DNA from: an uncultured Gammaproteobacteria bacterium
Lineage (GTDB): Bacteria; Pseudomonadota; Gammaproteobacteria; JACCXJ01
Reading direction: 5' to 3'
Assembly: GCA_963764725.1 (NCBI GenBank)
Contig: CAVXTM010000018.1
Span: forward strand, 384,001 to 448,000
DNA length: 64,000 bases
Position numbers and translations under genes: made by a program. The notes beneath the pieces are model-generated. The model had not been told where the DNA came from, made no database searches, and saw only the letters and a program-made list of their open reading frames with translations. Below, piece after piece: positions 26,504-38,340 of this stretch. Position 1 is the stretch's first letter. Every line of letters begins with the position of its first letter.

Positions 26504-28612
26504 CTAAAACTCGGGAGTAAACGCCAATTTACGCCACTTGTTAAAATAATAGGAAATCGTGCCTCCCTTGGTCGGATAGATCTTTACATACCGTTCCTGG
26601 TCTTTTGCGTCGCGCTCGACGATGACGATCTTCTTGTCCAACACCCGCGTGACGCGCGGTGTATAAAGAAAATTATAAGGTTGATCCTCGTGGATGATCC
26701 GGTGCAGCCGATGGGCAAGCGCGCGTTGCCGCTCGAGATCGTATTCCTGGCGGATGCGGATGATCAGCCGATCGGCCTCGGGATTGTTATAGGCCACAAA
26801 ATTAAGCTGTTTCGGTCCGGACTGGCTGGAATGAAAGATCTGGTATAGATCCGGATCGAGCGGCGGAGTGGTCCACCCCAGGACCACGGCGTCGAACGCG
26901 CCCTTGTCCACGAAATCTTCCAAGAACACCGCCCATTCGAAATATTGAGTGTTGCATTTGATGCCGATTCTCTTCCAGGCATTCTGGGCGATGGTCATGA
27001 TATTCTTGCGCGCGGGATTGCCACTGTTGGTGATCAAATTAAATTCGAAGACGGTCCCGTTTTTCTCCAGCCATCCTTCGGCGTTCTTGCGCCAACCGGC
27101 CTCTTCCAGCAGGCGCAATGCGGCGGCGGGATCGTAAGTCAGAGGCTGCACCGCGGGATCGTACCAGGGAGTCTCCTTGGGAAAGGGACCGGTGGTGCGC
27201 TCGCCTTGGCCATATAAGAGGTAGCGGATAATTTCGTCCACGTCGATAGTCATGCCGAGGGCCCGGCGCACCCGCGGGTCCGCGAACAGCGGCTTCCGCA
27301 AGTTGTACCCGATGTAGCTATAGCTCAAGGCGAGGCTCGAAAACGACTGATAGCTGTCGTCCTTTAGATACCGGGCCACTTGATGAGGCATAGCCCCGTA
27401 GTAGTCGACGGCACCGGTACGAAACTCCACCTCCTGAGTTAAGGCGTCGGGAATGATGCGCAAATAGTAGTCTTCGAACTCGGGCCGGCCCTCCCAATAA
27501 TCGTCATTGCGTTCGAGGTGGATAAATTCATCGCCTCGCCACTCAACAAACTTAAAGGAACCGGACCCGATCGGATGCCGATTGAAGCGGTTCTCACGCA
27601 TGCCGAAGGCCGCGCGCGCCGCCGCGGACAAGTTTTCGGTTTCCGCCTTACGCACCTCTTCGCTCAAGAGGTGCTGGGGCAGGATCCCCATCGTCCAGGC
27701 GTTGATCGCCGGGGAATGCAGCCGCTTGTAGGTGACCTTCACGCTATGGGGATCGGGGATCTCGATCGACTTGATCGGCTCGAAGTCGGAAACGCGCGGG
27801 GAGAGATTCTTAGGATTCATGATGGCATCATAGGTAAATTTCACATCCCGCGCGGTCACCTCTGTGCCATCGTGGAACCGGACACCGCGGCGGAGGTGGA
27901 ACAGGATCACCGGGTTATGCTCCGCGATCGGAAGGAGTTCCGCCAGATGGGCCCGTAGTCGATCCGCGGTAACCGGCTCGTTGGGGTGTATATACTTTTC
28001 GTGGGGAAACCCGTCGAGATAGCCTGATCCCAAGATCGGATTGAGGCGGGTAAAAAAATCTTGGTCCACCCGGCTTAACGAAAACCGGAGGCGCTCCGGA
28101 ACCTCGATCCTCACCGCCAGTTCCGAAACTTGTCCCTCTGCTTGCGGTAACGCCACGGTCTCTGCGCGCGTTTCAGGATGCAACACGTCGATAGCCCGTA
28201 GTAATCCTTTCAAGCCACCGCGGCCGCTGCGATCGCGCGCGTCGAGAATACGCTTTTTAAGCTCGGCAGCGGAAACCGGCGTTCCATCCGGTAAGCGCTT
28301 GTCCGGACGCACGATTAAATACGCTTGTTCCGTGATCGCCCAGTCCGTGGCCAAACGGCCTCGGAGTTTGAGATCTTCATCCGCGCCCAACAGGCCCTCG
28401 AACACATAGTCGGTGATGCCGCTGCTGACGGTGTCCGCGTTGAGGATCGGGTTTAGGATCTTGGCATCGGCGGCCGAAGCTTCGATATACTTAAGCAAGC
28501 GCTTGGGATTGCCGGTGGTTTGCTGATCATAGGTGGGTACCCAGAAATAGGCCTGTAGCAGCGCCACGAGCAGCACCGAGGGAACGGCCAGGAGCCAGTG
28601 TCTTAACGCCAT
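26504..28612 (-). CDS. Peptide ABC transporter substrate-binding protein (family 5) with inserted domain
   Basis: FHLRRGVRFHDG..VTARDVKFT, PIGSGSFKF and YIGYNLRKPLFADPRVRRAL. Confidence 0.9.
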   Translation of the reverse strand: MALRHWLLAVPSVLLVALLQAYFWVPTYDQQTTGNPKRLLKYIEASAADAKILNPILNADTVSSGITDYVFEGLLGADEDLKLRGRLATDWAITEQAYLIVRPDKRLPDGTPVSAAELKKRILDARDRSGRGGLKGLLRAIDVLHPETRAETVALPQAEGQVSELAVRIEVPERLRFSLSRVDQDFFTRLNPILGSGYLDGFPHEKYIHPNEPVTADRLRAHLAELLPIAEHNPVILFHLRRGVRFHDGTEVTARDVKFTYDAIMNPKNLSPRVSDFEPIKSIEIPDPHSVKVTYKRLHSPAINAWTMGILPQHLLSEEVRKAETENLSAAARAAFGMRENRFNRHPIGSGSFKFVEWRGDEFIHLERNDDYWEGRPEFEDYYLRIIPDALTQEVEFRTGAVDYYGAMPHQVARYLKDDSYQSFSSLALSYSYIGYNLRKPLFADPRVRRALGMTIDVDEIIRYLLYGQGERTTGPFPKETPWYDPAVQPLTYDPAAALRLLEEAGWRKNAEGWLEKNGTVFEFNLITNSGNPARKNIMTIAQNAWKRIGIKCNTQYFEWAVFLEDFVDKGAFDAVVLGWTTPPLDPDLYQIFHSSQSGPKQLNFVAYNNPEADRLIIRIRQEYDLERQRALAHRLHRIIHEDQPYNFLYTPRVTRVLDKKIVIVERDAKDQERYVKIYPTKGGTISYYFNKWRKLAFTPEF

Positions 28613-28750
28613 CGGCTAACTTTTGCGGAGCCGCGGACCCCGGGGAATCGACGGCGTAGCTCGAAGACCATGGCTTGTATATGATAGCGCTAGGTGCGCA
28701 GTAACCGTGTAACAGCCGTAAAGCGCCATCAAGCTTAGGGTAATGTTTAA

Positions 28751-29533
28751 ATGGGATTTCTTGACGGAAAACGGGCCTTAATCGTGGGGGTCGCCAGCAA
28801 CCGTTCGATTGCCTGGGGGATCGCCAAAGCAATGCGACGCGAGGGTGCGGAGCTTGCGTTCACGTTTCAGAGCGAGCGTCTGAAAGAAAGAGTCGAGGAG
28901 CTCGCCGCCGAATTGGGTTCCACCATCACCGTCGCGTGCGACGTCGCCAGTGACACCGAGATCCAAGCGCTGTTCGAACATTTGGATGACTATTGGGATC
29001 ACCTCGACATTCTAGTGCACGCGGTCGCCTTCGCGCCACGGGAGCAGCTTGAAGGCCACTACCTCGACACCGTCACTCGCGATGGTTTCCGCGTCGCGCA
29101 CGAGGTAAGCTCATATAGTTTTTCCGCGCTTGCCAACGGGGCGCGGGGGATGATGAACGGCCGACAAGGATCTCTCTTAACCCTGACCTATCTCGGCGCC
29201 ATCCGCGCCATGCCTAATTACAACGTCATGGGGATCGCCAAGGCGAGCCTCGAGGCGAACGTAAGATACATGGCGCATAGCCTCGGCCCCGAGGGAATTC
29301 GTGTCAACGCGATTTCCGCAGGCCCCATCAGGACCCTTGCCGCCGCGGGCATCACGGGATTCCGTAGGTTCCTCGATCACGTCGAGAAGACCGCGCCTCT
29401 GCGGCGCAATATCACGATCGACGAGGTTGGAAACGTTGCCGCGTTTCTGTGTTCGGATCTCGCCTCGGCAATCACCGGCGAGATCACGTACGTCGATGGC
29501 GGCTTTAATATCGTCGGAATGGGGAACGTCTGA
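28751..29533 (+). CDS. fabI: Enoyl-ACP reductase
   Basis: [25 protein letters not shown] and [11 protein letters not shown]. Confidence 0.96.
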   Translation: MGFLDGKRALIVGVASNRSIAWGIAKAMRREGAELAFTFQSERLKERVEELAAELGSTITVACDVASDTEIQALFEHLDDYWDHLDILVHAVAFAPREQLEGHYLDTVTRDGFRVAHEVSSYSFSALANGARGMMNGRQGSLLTLTYLGAIRAMPNYNVMGIAKASLEANVRYMAHSLGPEGIRVNAISAGPIRTLAAAGITGFRRFLDHVEKTAPLRRNITIDEVGNVAAFLCSDLASAITGEITYVDGGFNIVGMGNV

Positions 29534-31429
29534 TCATAAGTTTTCGGAAAAAATCGCGATATCGGCATGCCGCCGTAAATCGCTCATGAGATCCTGCCAC
29601 TCCTGGTTACTCGTATTGCGGAGGAGCTCGTCCTTTAATTGCTTACGCCTCTCTGCGTCCACGGACGCTGCCTTATCAACGTCCAACAGCGCGATGAGCG
29701 CATAGTCCCCGCTGTCGAGCACGCTACCACCATAACTAGCCTTGCCCTCGTTTGGCCGCGGTAACTGGAAAGCCATCCGCCGCAGAACGTTATCGACGCT
29801 GGCATCATCGCGGCCGAGCTTCTTCTCCACCCATTTTAAACCTTCCTTGGATGCAAGTTCCTCGCGGCCTTCGCCGCTTTTCAAGCGTTGCAATAACGCC
29901 TCACCTTGCGTTTTCGCCGCCGCCTTGGCCTTATCCGAGGAAATAGCTGCCTTAATGTCGTTCTTCACCTCGTTGAGAGGCCGCAATTTTGCCGCTCTAT
30001 GCTCTTTCACGCGGATCACGACGATATGATTGTCACCGAGCTCCAACGGCTCGCTATTCAAGCGCTCCTCTAAGACCTCGGGACTGAAGGCGGCATCGCT
30101 GACCTTCTCATGCGCGCCGATCCCTTCGCCTCCGGTACGCCCGAAGTAAGCGCTCTCTTGGACCTTCAATCCCGAGCTTTGCGCGGCGACATCCAGCGTA
30201 TCGGGATGCTCGTAGACGAGTGTCTCGATTTTCTCGCTCAAATCGAAAAACCGCCGTTCGGCTTGCTCGTTGCGGTAGTTTTTTTCGATCTCTTCGCGAA
30301 CCTCTTCGAACAATTTTGTCTTGCTTGCCTTAATGCCGTCCAAGCGGATCAGGTGAAATCCGAAATCGGTCCGCACCACGCCCGAGATCTCTCCCGGTTG
30401 CAGCGCGTAGACGGCCTCCTCGAACGGCGGCGCCATCACCCCACGCTGGAAGAAACCGAGATCACCCCGCTTTGCTTTCGACCCGAGGTCCTCGGAATAC
30501 TTCGCGGCAAGCTCCTCGAACAATTCACCCTTCTTTATTCGCTCCGCCAGCGCTTCGATCTCCTTGCGGGCTTTACTAACCGCTTCCTGACCGGCCTCCT
30601 TCGCGACCTTGATCAAGATATGATGCGCCCGGCGCTGCTCGGGCAGCGAATAGGCTGACTTATGCTCGTCGTAGTACCCACCGAGCGCATCCGGCGTCAC
30701 CTCGATCTGCTTGGCAATCTCCTCGAGTGACAGCTCGAGGTAGGCAATCTTCACTTGCTCTGGGGTGGTATGCGTCTCGGCTTCACCCTTATAACGCCGC
30801 GCAATCTCCTCGTCACTGACTGGCAGCGACGATTGCAACGGCTGCGCGGCAATGATCGCATAGGTGATCAAACGCGTTTGGCTCTTGATTTCAGCGACGC
30901 GATCAATTTCACGCTTGGTTACGAAGGAGGTGTCGATCACGGCTTTGCGAATCTGGTCGCTCAACAGCTCACGCCGCAACTGCTCCTCAAACGTAACCGG
31001 TGACATCCCCGCGCTCTGTAACCCCCGCTCGTAAAGATTATTGGAAAACTTACCGTCTCTTTGAAACGCGGGAAAGGTTTTCACCGCCTGGGTAACCTGT
31101 TGATCGCTGATCCGAAGACCAAGCTTTTCTCCAAGTTGTTTTTTGAGCAGCATCTCCACCATTTGATCGAGCGTTTGCTGTTTCAGTCCATCTTCGTTTG
31201 CTTTCTCCGATAAGCGCCCAAGGATCATTTGGTATTGCTTACGGTATTGCTGGTAGGCCCGCTGGAAGGCGTCTAATTCAACCTCCTCGCCATTGACCTC
31301 CGCCACCGCGACGTCCTCGGCGGCTGTCAAGTATTCCTGGATCCCCCAGAACGCAAACGGAATGCAGATCAATCCGATGATGATCCACGCGAGCCAGCCT
31401 TGAGCGCGATCATGAATGCTTTGTAACAT
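29534..31429 (-). CDS. ppiD: Periplasmic chaperone/PPIase D
   Basis: N-terminal TM WLAWIIIGLICIPFAFWGI and parvulin motifs AHHILI...GDLGFF...TDFGFHLI; downstream of hupB and tRNAs. Confidence 0.92.
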   Translation of the reverse strand: MLQSIHDRAQGWLAWIIIGLICIPFAFWGIQEYLTAAEDVAVAEVNGEEVELDAFQRAYQQYRKQYQMILGRLSEKANEDGLKQQTLDQMVEMLLKKQLGEKLGLRISDQQVTQAVKTFPAFQRDGKFSNNLYERGLQSAGMSPVTFEEQLRRELLSDQIRKAVIDTSFVTKREIDRVAEIKSQTRLITYAIIAAQPLQSSLPVSDEEIARRYKGEAETHTTPEQVKIAYLELSLEEIAKQIEVTPDALGGYYDEHKSAYSLPEQRRAHHILIKVAKEAGQEAVSKARKEIEALAERIKKGELFEELAAKYSEDLGSKAKRGDLGFFQRGVMAPPFEEAVYALQPGEISGVVRTDFGFHLIRLDGIKASKTKLFEEVREEIEKNYRNEQAERRFFDLSEKIETLVYEHPDTLDVAAQSSGLKVQESAYFGRTGGEGIGAHEKVSDAAFSPEVLEERLNSEPLELGDNHIVVIRVKEHRAAKLRPLNEVKNDIKAAISSDKAKAAAKTQGEALLQRLKSGEGREELASKEGLKWVEKKLGRDDASVDNVLRRMAFQLPRPNEGKASYGGSVLDSGDYALIALLDVDKAASVDAERRKQLKDELLRNTSNQEWQDLMSDLRRHADIAIFSENL

Positions 31430-31519
31430 CTTGCCGAAACGACCTCGTAGGAATGATATGGAAACAGCCGGCTGACGGTACTCCAATCCTCACGGTGAAA
31501 TCCAACTATGCGGGAATTG

Positions 31520-31541
31520 GCGCAACCCGAGCGGGTTGCGC
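31520..31541. terminator. GC-rich hairpin downstream of the tRNA pair
   Basis: GCGCAACCCG-AG-CGGGTTGCGC. Confidence 0.5.
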
Positions 31542-31552
31542 TGCACGGAGGT

Positions 31553-31629
31553 TGGCGGAGTGGACGGGACTCGAACCCGCGACCCCCGGCTTGACAGGCC
31601 GGTATTCTAACCAACTGAACTACCACTCC
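31553..31629 (-). tRNA. tRNA-Asp(GTC)
   Basis: Reverse complement GGAGTGGTAGTTCAGTTGGTTAGAATACCGGCCTGTCAAGCCGG...GTTCGAGTCCCGTCCACTCCGCCA. Confidence 0.96.
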
Positions 31630-31648
31630 GGCGCTGAGCAACGGGCGC

Positions 31649-31724
31649 TGGTGGGTGCTGAGGGGTTCGAACCCCCGACCTTCGCCTTGTAAGGGCGACG
31701 CTCTCCCAACTGAGCTAAGCACCC
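31649..31724 (-). tRNA. tRNA-Val(TAC)
   Basis: Reverse complement GGGTGCTTAGCTCAGTTGGGAGAGCGTCGCCCTTACAAGGCGA...GTTCGAACCCCTCAGCACCCACCA. Confidence 0.96.
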
Positions 31725-31734
31725 ACGGTGCCGA

Positions 31735-32007
31735 TTAGTTTACGGCATCCTTGAGGCCCTTTCCAGGCTTGAATGCCGGGATTTTCGACGCCGCGATTTT
31801 TATGGTTTCTCCGGTGCGGGGGTTGCGGCCCGCGCGCGCCGCCCGCTTGCGCACGGAAAAGGTGCCGAAACCAACCAAGGTCACTTCGTCGTTCTTTTTT
31901 AGCGCCTTGGTGATTGCATTAACCATCGCGTCCACCGCGCGGCCCGCCGAGGCCTTGGGTAGATCGGCGGATTCAGCAACCACGTCGATTAGATCAGTTT
32001 TATTCAT
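31735..32007 (-). CDS. hupB: DNA-binding protein HU-beta
   Basis: MNKTDLID...LVGFGTF...GRNPRTG...PAFKPGK; follows lon. Confidence 0.96.
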   Translation of the reverse strand: MNKTDLIDVVAESADLPKASAGRAVDAMVNAITKALKKNDEVTLVGFGTFSVRKRAARAGRNPRTGETIKIAASKIPAFKPGKGLKDAVN

Positions 32008-32116
32008 ACGCTTGCCTCCCTTGTCGAAGCAGTTTTGGAGTCTTTGTAGTCAGTCGCGCTATACCCAGGATCTCGATAACGTTGCGGCAGAACGGCGTTG
32101 GATGGCGCGGCGATGT

Positions 32117-32145
32117 GTTATACCAACTCGCCTAAAACGCGTCAA
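32117..32145 (-). promoter_or_regulatory. Sigma-70 promoter for hupB
   Basis: TTGACG-17 bp-TATAAC with an extended -10 TG. Confidence 0.7.
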
Positions 32146-32212
32146 GCAAGCAATTAGCGGCCCCGGCGTCCCGCTTGCCCGCTCGCTCGTCTGAGTTTGC
32201 GGCAGCCGTACC

Positions 32213-34663
32213 TTAATGCGGTCTGATGGCATCCTTGCCCGGCTCGACGCCTGATGACTCCGGGGTGATGGCGTCGAGCGGCTCGCTCGCCGAGGCTACG
32301 GGTTCCGGCATATGTTGCAAGGCCAAGGTCAGGACTTCGTCGATCCAGGTCACGGGTTTGATATCGAGGTTCTGCTTTATGTTCTTCGGCACATCTTCCA
32401 GTTCCCGTTGATTCTCGGCGGGAATGAGAACCACCTTGATCCCGCCGCGCAACGCGGCGAGGAGCTTTTCTTTCAACCCGCCTATCGGCAGAACTTCACC
32501 GCGTAAGGTTATCTCCCCGGTCATGGCGACACTCGAGCGTACGCGGATCCCGGTCAACGCCGAGACCAGCGCCGCGCACATAGCGACGCCGGCGCTCGGT
32601 CCGTCCTTTGGCGTTGCGCCTTCCGGCACATGGAAGTGAACGTCATGCTGGCGATAAAAGGCTGGATCGATACCCAGATTCGCCGCGCGGCTGCGCACCA
32701 CGGTCATGGCGGCTTTAATGGATTCCTGCATCACCTCGCCTAGCTGCCCAGTATAGGTCTCCTTGCCCTTGCCTGGAACGACCGCGGCTTCGATTGTCAA
32801 TAAATCCCCTCCGACCTCGGTCCACGCCAGCCCCGTGACTTGGCCGACGCGGTCCTCTTCTTCGGCCAAACCATAGCGGAAGCGCTTTACACCAAGATAT
32901 TTATGCAAGCTTTTCGGCGTGACGGCGACCATTTTTTCGGTGGGCTTCAAAAGCACGCGCTTCACGACTTTGCGGCAGATATTGGCGATCTCGCGTTCCA
33001 AATTCCGCACGCCCGCCTCGCGCGTGTAATAGCGGATCATCTCCCGGACGGCCGGCTCGGTAATCAAAATTTCGTTATCACGCAGCCCGTTGTTTTTCTC
33101 TTGCTTGGGAATGAGGTATTTATCGGCGATATTGACTTTTTCGTCTTCGGTGTAACCCGGGATGCGGATGACCTCCATACGATCGAGCAAGGGCGGCGAA
33201 ATGTTGAGAGTGTTCGCCGTTGTGACGAACATCACCTCCGATAAATCGTAATCGACCTCGAGATAATGGTCGTTGAACGTATGGTTCTGCTCCGGATCGA
33301 GGACCTCCAACAACGCGGAGGCCGGGTCGCCGCGAAAGTCCGCGGAGATCTTGTCGATCTCATCCAATAACAAGAGCGGATTCTTGGCCCCCCCTTTGGC
33401 CATGACCTGCAGGATCTTACCCGGCATCGAACCGACATAGGTGCGCCGGTGGCCGCGTATCTCCGCCTCGTCGCGCACACCGCCCAGCGACATGCGCACG
33501 AAGGTGCGGTTGGTCGCGCGCGCGATCGATCGCCCTAGCGAGGTCTTGCCCACGCCCGGCGGACCCACCAAGCATAGGATGGGGCCCTTGGATTTCTTGA
33601 CCCGCTGCTGCACGGCAAGGTATTCCAGGATCCGTTCCTTCACCTTTTCCAGCCCGTAGTGGTCCTCCTCGAGAATGGATCCCGCTTGGGACAGATCGCG
33701 GCTGATTTTCGTGCGCTTTTTCCATGGCACGCTCACCATCCAATCGACGTAATTCCGAACCACGGTCGCTTCCGCGGACATGGGCGACATCATCTTGAGC
33801 TTTTTCAACTCCGCCAGCGCCCGATCCTTGGCTTCCTTGGGCATTCCGGCCTTCTCGATCGTTCTGGCCAGCTCATCGAGCTCGCTGCCGCCTTCTTCGA
33901 GATCCCCAAGCTCCTTTTGTATGGCCTTCATTTGTTCGTTCAAATAATATTCACGTTGACTCTTCTCCATCTGCCGTTTCACGCGCCCTCGCAGGCGCTT
34001 TTCCACTTGGAGGAGATCGAGCTCGCTCTCAAGGACCCCGACCAACTGTTCCAGACGATTGGAAAGATTGGTGACCTCAAGGAGCTTTTGTTTTTGCTCG
34101 AGCTTAATCGACAGGTGGGCGGCGATGGTGTCGCCCAACCGCTCCGGATCGTCGATGGACGATAAGCTCGCAATGATTTCCGCCGGGATTCTCTTGTTAA
34201 GCTTGACGTATTGGTCGAACTGCTCGAGCAGCGTCCTGCACAACACCTCCGCCTCTCGCGGGTCGATCTCGTCGGAACTCGGAAACTCCACCTTCGCGTT
34301 GAACAAACGCTCGGTCTCTGTAAATGCGAGGATCCGCGCGCGGCGCACCCCTTCCACCAGCACCTTGATCGTGCCGTCGGGTAACTTCAACAGTTGCAGG
34401 ATGTTCGATAAGGTTCCTACCCAATGGAGATCGTCGGCATCCGGGTTATCGTCCGCCGCGCTCTTTTGGGCGACGAGCACGATTTGCTTGCCCCCGTCCA
34501 TCGCTTGTTCAAGTGCCTTGACCGACTTCTGCCTGCCCACGAACAGTGGGATCACCATATGCGGATAGACCACCACATCGCGCAGCGGCAATACGGGCAC
34601 TATCGTCTGTTCAGTCATCTTGTCATGCCTTCCTTCGCCGGGTAACGAGTTAGATCGAACCAC
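32213..34663 (-). CDS. lon: ATP-dependent protease La
   Basis: PVLPLRDVVVYP, GPPGVGKTS and PKDGPSAG; start may be 34618. Confidence 0.97.
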   Translation of the reverse strand: MVRSNSLPGEGRHDKMTEQTIVPVLPLRDVVVYPHMVIPLFVGRQKSVKALEQAMDGGKQIVLVAQKSAADDNPDADDLHWVGTLSNILQLLKLPDGTIKVLVEGVRRARILAFTETERLFNAKVEFPSSDEIDPREAEVLCRTLLEQFDQYVKLNKRIPAEIIASLSSIDDPERLGDTIAAHLSIKLEQKQKLLEVTNLSNRLEQLVGVLESELDLLQVEKRLRGRVKRQMEKSQREYYLNEQMKAIQKELGDLEEGGSELDELARTIEKAGMPKEAKDRALAELKKLKMMSPMSAEATVVRNYVDWMVSVPWKKRTKISRDLSQAGSILEEDHYGLEKVKERILEYLAVQQRVKKSKGPILCLVGPPGVGKTSLGRSIARATNRTFVRMSLGGVRDEAEIRGHRRTYVGSMPGKILQVMAKGGAKNPLLLLDEIDKISADFRGDPASALLEVLDPEQNHTFNDHYLEVDYDLSEVMFVTTANTLNISPPLLDRMEVIRIPGYTEDEKVNIADKYLIPKQEKNNGLRDNEILITEPAVREMIRYYTREAGVRNLEREIANICRKVVKRVLLKPTEKMVAVTPKSLHKYLGVKRFRYGLAEEEDRVGQVTGLAWTEVGGDLLTIEAAVVPGKGKETYTGQLGEVMQESIKAAMTVVRSRAANLGIDPAFYRQHDVHFHVPEGATPKDGPSAGVAMCAALVSALTGIRVRSSVAMTGEITLRGEVLPIGGLKEKLLAALRGGIKVVLIPAENQRELEDVPKNIKQNLDIKPVTWIDEVLTLALQHMPEPVASASEPLDAITPESSGVEPGKDAIRPH

Positions 34664-34733
34664 TCATACGTAACGCACGCGCGCTCAGCGCTTGAGAATT
34701 AATCTACTGCACATCGCTGCGTCGGGTGCTCGC

Positions 34734-36014
34734 TCAATCCGATGCCGCTTTGGAGATTTCAGCACTCTCGTAAATATACAGAGGTTTCGATTCTCCCTTG
34801 ATGACCGCGTCGTTGACCACCACCTTGACCACGTTCTCGAGCGAAGGCAACTCGAACATGGTGTCGAGTAAATTGTGCTCGAGGATCGAACGCAGTCCGC
34901 GCGCCCCGGTTTTCCGCTCAACCGCTTTACGGGCGACGGCACGCAAGGACTCGTCCCGGAACTCCAAGGCGCACCCTTCCATCTCAAAGAGCCTTGCATA
35001 CTGTTTGGTGATCGCGTTCTTCGGTTCGGTAAGGATTTGGATCAGCTGTGTTTCGTCCAATTCGTCCAGCACGGCAATCACCGGGAGCCGTCCGACGAAC
35101 TCGGGGATCAGCCCATACTTCATGAGATCCTCCGGTTCGACTTGGTGCAAAAGCTCGCTCATGCTTTTCTTGTCGTCCTTACTCTTGACCTCCGCAGAGA
35201 AACCGATCCCACCCCTTTCGGAACGCGCGCGAACGATCTTTTCCAGGCCCGAGAAAGCTCCGCCGCAAATAAACAGGATATTGCTCGTATTGACCTGCAG
35301 GAATTCCTGCTGCGGGTGCTTGCGGCCCCCCTGCGGAGGTACCGAGGCGATCGTACCCTCAATGAGTTTCAGCAGCGCTTGCTGTACGCCTTCTCCCGAT
35401 ACGTCCCGCGTAATCGAGGGATTATCGGACTTGCGGGAAATCTTATCGATTTCGTCGATGTAGACGATCCCGGTTTGCGCCTTCTCGACATCGTAGTCGC
35501 ATTTTTGCAGGAGCTTTTGGATGATATTCTCGACATCTTCGCCTACGTAACCCGCTTCGGTTAAGGTCGTCGCGTCGGCAATCGTAAAAGGGACGTTGAG
35601 AAGCCGCGCCAAGGTCTCGGCCAAGAGTGTTTTTCCGCTGCCGGTTGGACCGACCAACAGCACATTGCTCTTGGCGAGCTCTACATCGTTTTGCTTGATG
35701 CGTGAGGTCAATCGCTTGTAATGATTGTACACGGCAACCGACAGGATTTTCTTGGCCCGGTCCTGACCGATGACGTATTCGTTTAGTATGTGCCGGATCT
35801 GCTGCGGCGCCGGCAGCTTTTTGTTTCCTCCCGCAGCGGATTTGCCGTGCATCTCCTCGCGGATGATATCGTTGCAAAGCTCCACGCACTCATCACAGAT
35901 GAACACCGACGGACCGGCGATAAGCTTGCGCACCTCATGCTGACTCTTACCGCAGAATGAACAATACAAGAGCCGTTCTCCGTCACCGCCTCTAGACTGT
36001 TTGCCGTCGTTCAT
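34734..36014 (-). CDS. clpX: Clp protease ATPase subunit ClpX
   Basis: CSFCGK zinc finger, GPTGSGKT and IGF loop. Confidence 0.97.
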   Translation of the reverse strand: MNDGKQSRGGDGERLLYCSFCGKSQHEVRKLIAGPSVFICDECVELCNDIIREEMHGKSAAGGNKKLPAPQQIRHILNEYVIGQDRAKKILSVAVYNHYKRLTSRIKQNDVELAKSNVLLVGPTGSGKTLLAETLARLLNVPFTIADATTLTEAGYVGEDVENIIQKLLQKCDYDVEKAQTGIVYIDEIDKISRKSDNPSITRDVSGEGVQQALLKLIEGTIASVPPQGGRKHPQQEFLQVNTSNILFICGGAFSGLEKIVRARSERGGIGFSAEVKSKDDKKSMSELLHQVEPEDLMKYGLIPEFVGRLPVIAVLDELDETQLIQILTEPKNAITKQYARLFEMEGCALEFRDESLRAVARKAVERKTGARGLRSILEHNLLDTMFELPSLENVVKVVVNDAVIKGESKPLYIYESAEISKAASD

Positions 36015-36081
36015 TGGCCACCTCTAGGCATTAGGGATTTAACCTTTCAGGGGTGATCTTTAGCCCCTGATCCATAGCAAT

Positions 36082-36720
36082 CTACAAGCCACCCACCGGA
36101 CGTTGCGCGCGTTGATAGAGCACATCATCTATCAACCCATACTCCTTGGCTTCCTCGGCCCCCATGAAATTATCCCGCTCCGTGTCCGCTTCGATTTTCT
36201 TCAGTGCTTGCCCGGTATGCCGCGCGAGTATCTGATTCAAGCGTTCCCGCGCTTTTAATATCTCGCGCGCGTGGATGTCGATATCGGATGCCTGGCCCTG
36301 AAAGCCACCGAGCGGTTGATGAATCATGAGGCGCGAGTGCGGTAGGCAGTGGCGCTTGCCTTTCGTTCCGCCGGCGAGCAGCAGCGCTCCCATGCTCGCG
36401 GCCTGCCCGACACACATGGTACTGACGCTGGGCTTGATAAACTGTATGGTGTCATAGACTGCCAGGCCCGCGCTCACGGAACCCCCAGGCGAATTAATAT
36501 ACAGATGCACATCCTTGTCCGGGTTCTCCGACTCCAAAAACAACAACTGGGCCACGATCAGGTTGGCCACTTCATCCGTCACCGGCCCGACGAGAAACAC
36601 CACCCGCTCCTTGAGAAGCCGGGAGTAAATGTCGTAGGCGCGCTCACCCCGCGCCGACTGTTCAACAACAATCGGCACCAGGTTGAGCCCTCTTAGCGTG
36701 GATTTCTCAGTCTCGTACAC
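36082..36720 (-). CDS. clpP: Clp protease proteolytic subunit
   Basis: [17 protein letters not shown] and MIHQPLGG. Confidence 0.97.
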   Translation of the reverse strand: MYETEKSTLRGLNLVPIVVEQSARGERAYDIYSRLLKERVVFLVGPVTDEVANLIVAQLLFLESENPDKDVHLYINSPGGSVSAGLAVYDTIQFIKPSVSTMCVGQAASMGALLLAGGTKGKRHCLPHSRLMIHQPLGGFQGQASDIDIHAREILKARERLNQILARHTGQALKKIEADTERDNFMGAEEAKEYGLIDDVLYQRAQRPVGGL

Positions 36721-36722
36721 GG

Positions 36723-38066
36723 TTAATCCCTTTTATCCCTTGCCTTTGCTTCTTGGTCAGTCTGCCGTGGATTCATCAGCGCGTCAAACGTCAACGCTTG
36801 TTCCTTGACCTTAGCTCGACTAAGCACCCAGTTTACCACCTCGTTTTCAAGGATCAGGGCTTCGACGCCCGCGAGACGCTTGCGATCCTCGTAATACCAT
36901 TTAACCACGGCCGCGGCGTCCTCGAAACCCACCGCCATGCTTTCGACGGCGGATCTCAGCATCGATGAGCTCACTACCAACCCAATAGTTCTTACCAACT
37001 CGCCTATGATGAGGCCGACCGCAACCCGCCACCGGGCGCGCTCCTCGAACAGTTCGACAGGGGGCATCTCAATCCGTTCTTGCTTGCCGCCTCGCAGCAC
37101 CAGAGTACGATAGGCTTCATCCCGGAGACTCTGGGCTTCGGCGTGGACCAACGCCTTTGGCAATTCCATCGGGTTGGCTTCGAACAGCGCCTCCATGACA
37201 CCGGTTTTTGTCCGCATTTGCAGGCGCTCATTGCGCTCACTTTCGAGGCTCGCGCGCACCCTTGCGCGCACCTCGTCCGCTCCACCCGGCTCGATTCCTA
37301 GGCGCTTGGGCAACCCCTCATCCAACGAGGGCAACACGGGTTCTGCGACACTCAAGCACTGGATCAGGAACCGGGCCGGCTTCCCGGCGAGATCGGAGTT
37401 CTGGGAATCCGCCGGAAAAGTGAGATCCGCGCTGCGTTCCGCGCCGGGCTCAAGCCCTACCAGTACTTCCTCGAATCCAGGCAACAGATTGGATGCGCCT
37501 AGTTCCAATGTGAAACCGGACGCGTGGCTGCCTGCGAAAGGTAGGCCTGCGACGCTACCCTGAAAATCAATCTCCAAACGGTCTCCGCGTTGCGCCGGCC
37601 GCTCTACTTTTTCCCAACCGCGATACCGCTGTTGCAGCGCATGGATCGCTTTATCCACATCCTCATCGGTAACGTCGCAAACCGGTCTTATGACCTGCAG
37701 ATCTTCGACCGGAAGCAGCTTGACTTCGGGGTAGATTTCGAATGTCGCCTTGTAGATCAATCCCTGGCCAGGCGCGGCCGCGAGGGGCTCGATGGCGGGA
37801 TCTCCCACCGGCCGAATGTTCTCCTTGCGAATCGCCTCCGCATAACTGGAGCGCAGGATATCGTCCAGCACCTCTTGACGCAGTTGTTCGCCGAAACGAC
37901 GCTGCACCAGGTTCATGGGCACCTTGCCGACGCGAAAGCCGTCAATCCTGGCGGTTCGTGTTAACTTCACGAGCCGCTGCTTTAGCTCCGAAGCGATGTT
38001 TTCCTCGGGGATCTCGATGGTGATGCGGCGCTCGAGCGCTCCGATCGTTTCCAATGAAGCCTGCAT
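36723..38066 (-). CDS. tig: Trigger factor
   Basis: GFRVGKVP ribosome-binding signature and FKBP domain; upstream of clpP. Confidence 0.95.
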   Translation of the reverse strand: MQASLETIGALERRITIEIPEENIASELKQRLVKLTRTARIDGFRVGKVPMNLVQRRFGEQLRQEVLDDILRSSYAEAIRKENIRPVGDPAIEPLAAAPGQGLIYKATFEIYPEVKLLPVEDLQVIRPVCDVTDEDVDKAIHALQQRYRGWEKVERPAQRGDRLEIDFQGSVAGLPFAGSHASGFTLELGASNLLPGFEEVLVGLEPGAERSADLTFPADSQNSDLAGKPARFLIQCLSVAEPVLPSLDEGLPKRLGIEPGGADEVRARVRASLESERNERLQMRTKTGVMEALFEANPMELPKALVHAEAQSLRDEAYRTLVLRGGKQERIEMPPVELFEERARWRVAVGLIIGELVRTIGLVVSSSMLRSAVESMAVGFEDAAAVVKWYYEDRKRLAGVEALILENEVVNWVLSRAKVKEQALTFDALMNPRQTDQEAKARDKRD

Positions 38067-38108
38067 TGATCCCTACCTGTCACAAAGCGGCGGCATGATT
38101 TACGCGGC

Positions 38109-38195
<87 letters not shown>

Positions 38196-38340
38196 ACATA
38201 AGAAGTCCACGCATCCAGTTTGAATCTCGCCAGCCAGGATAGCATCTAACGGTTTAATGAAAAACCACCTACCGGACATCAAGTACGTCATCACCGCGCC
38301 CACGGTCAACGATTCTCACCAGTGCAACGAAACTCGCTGG

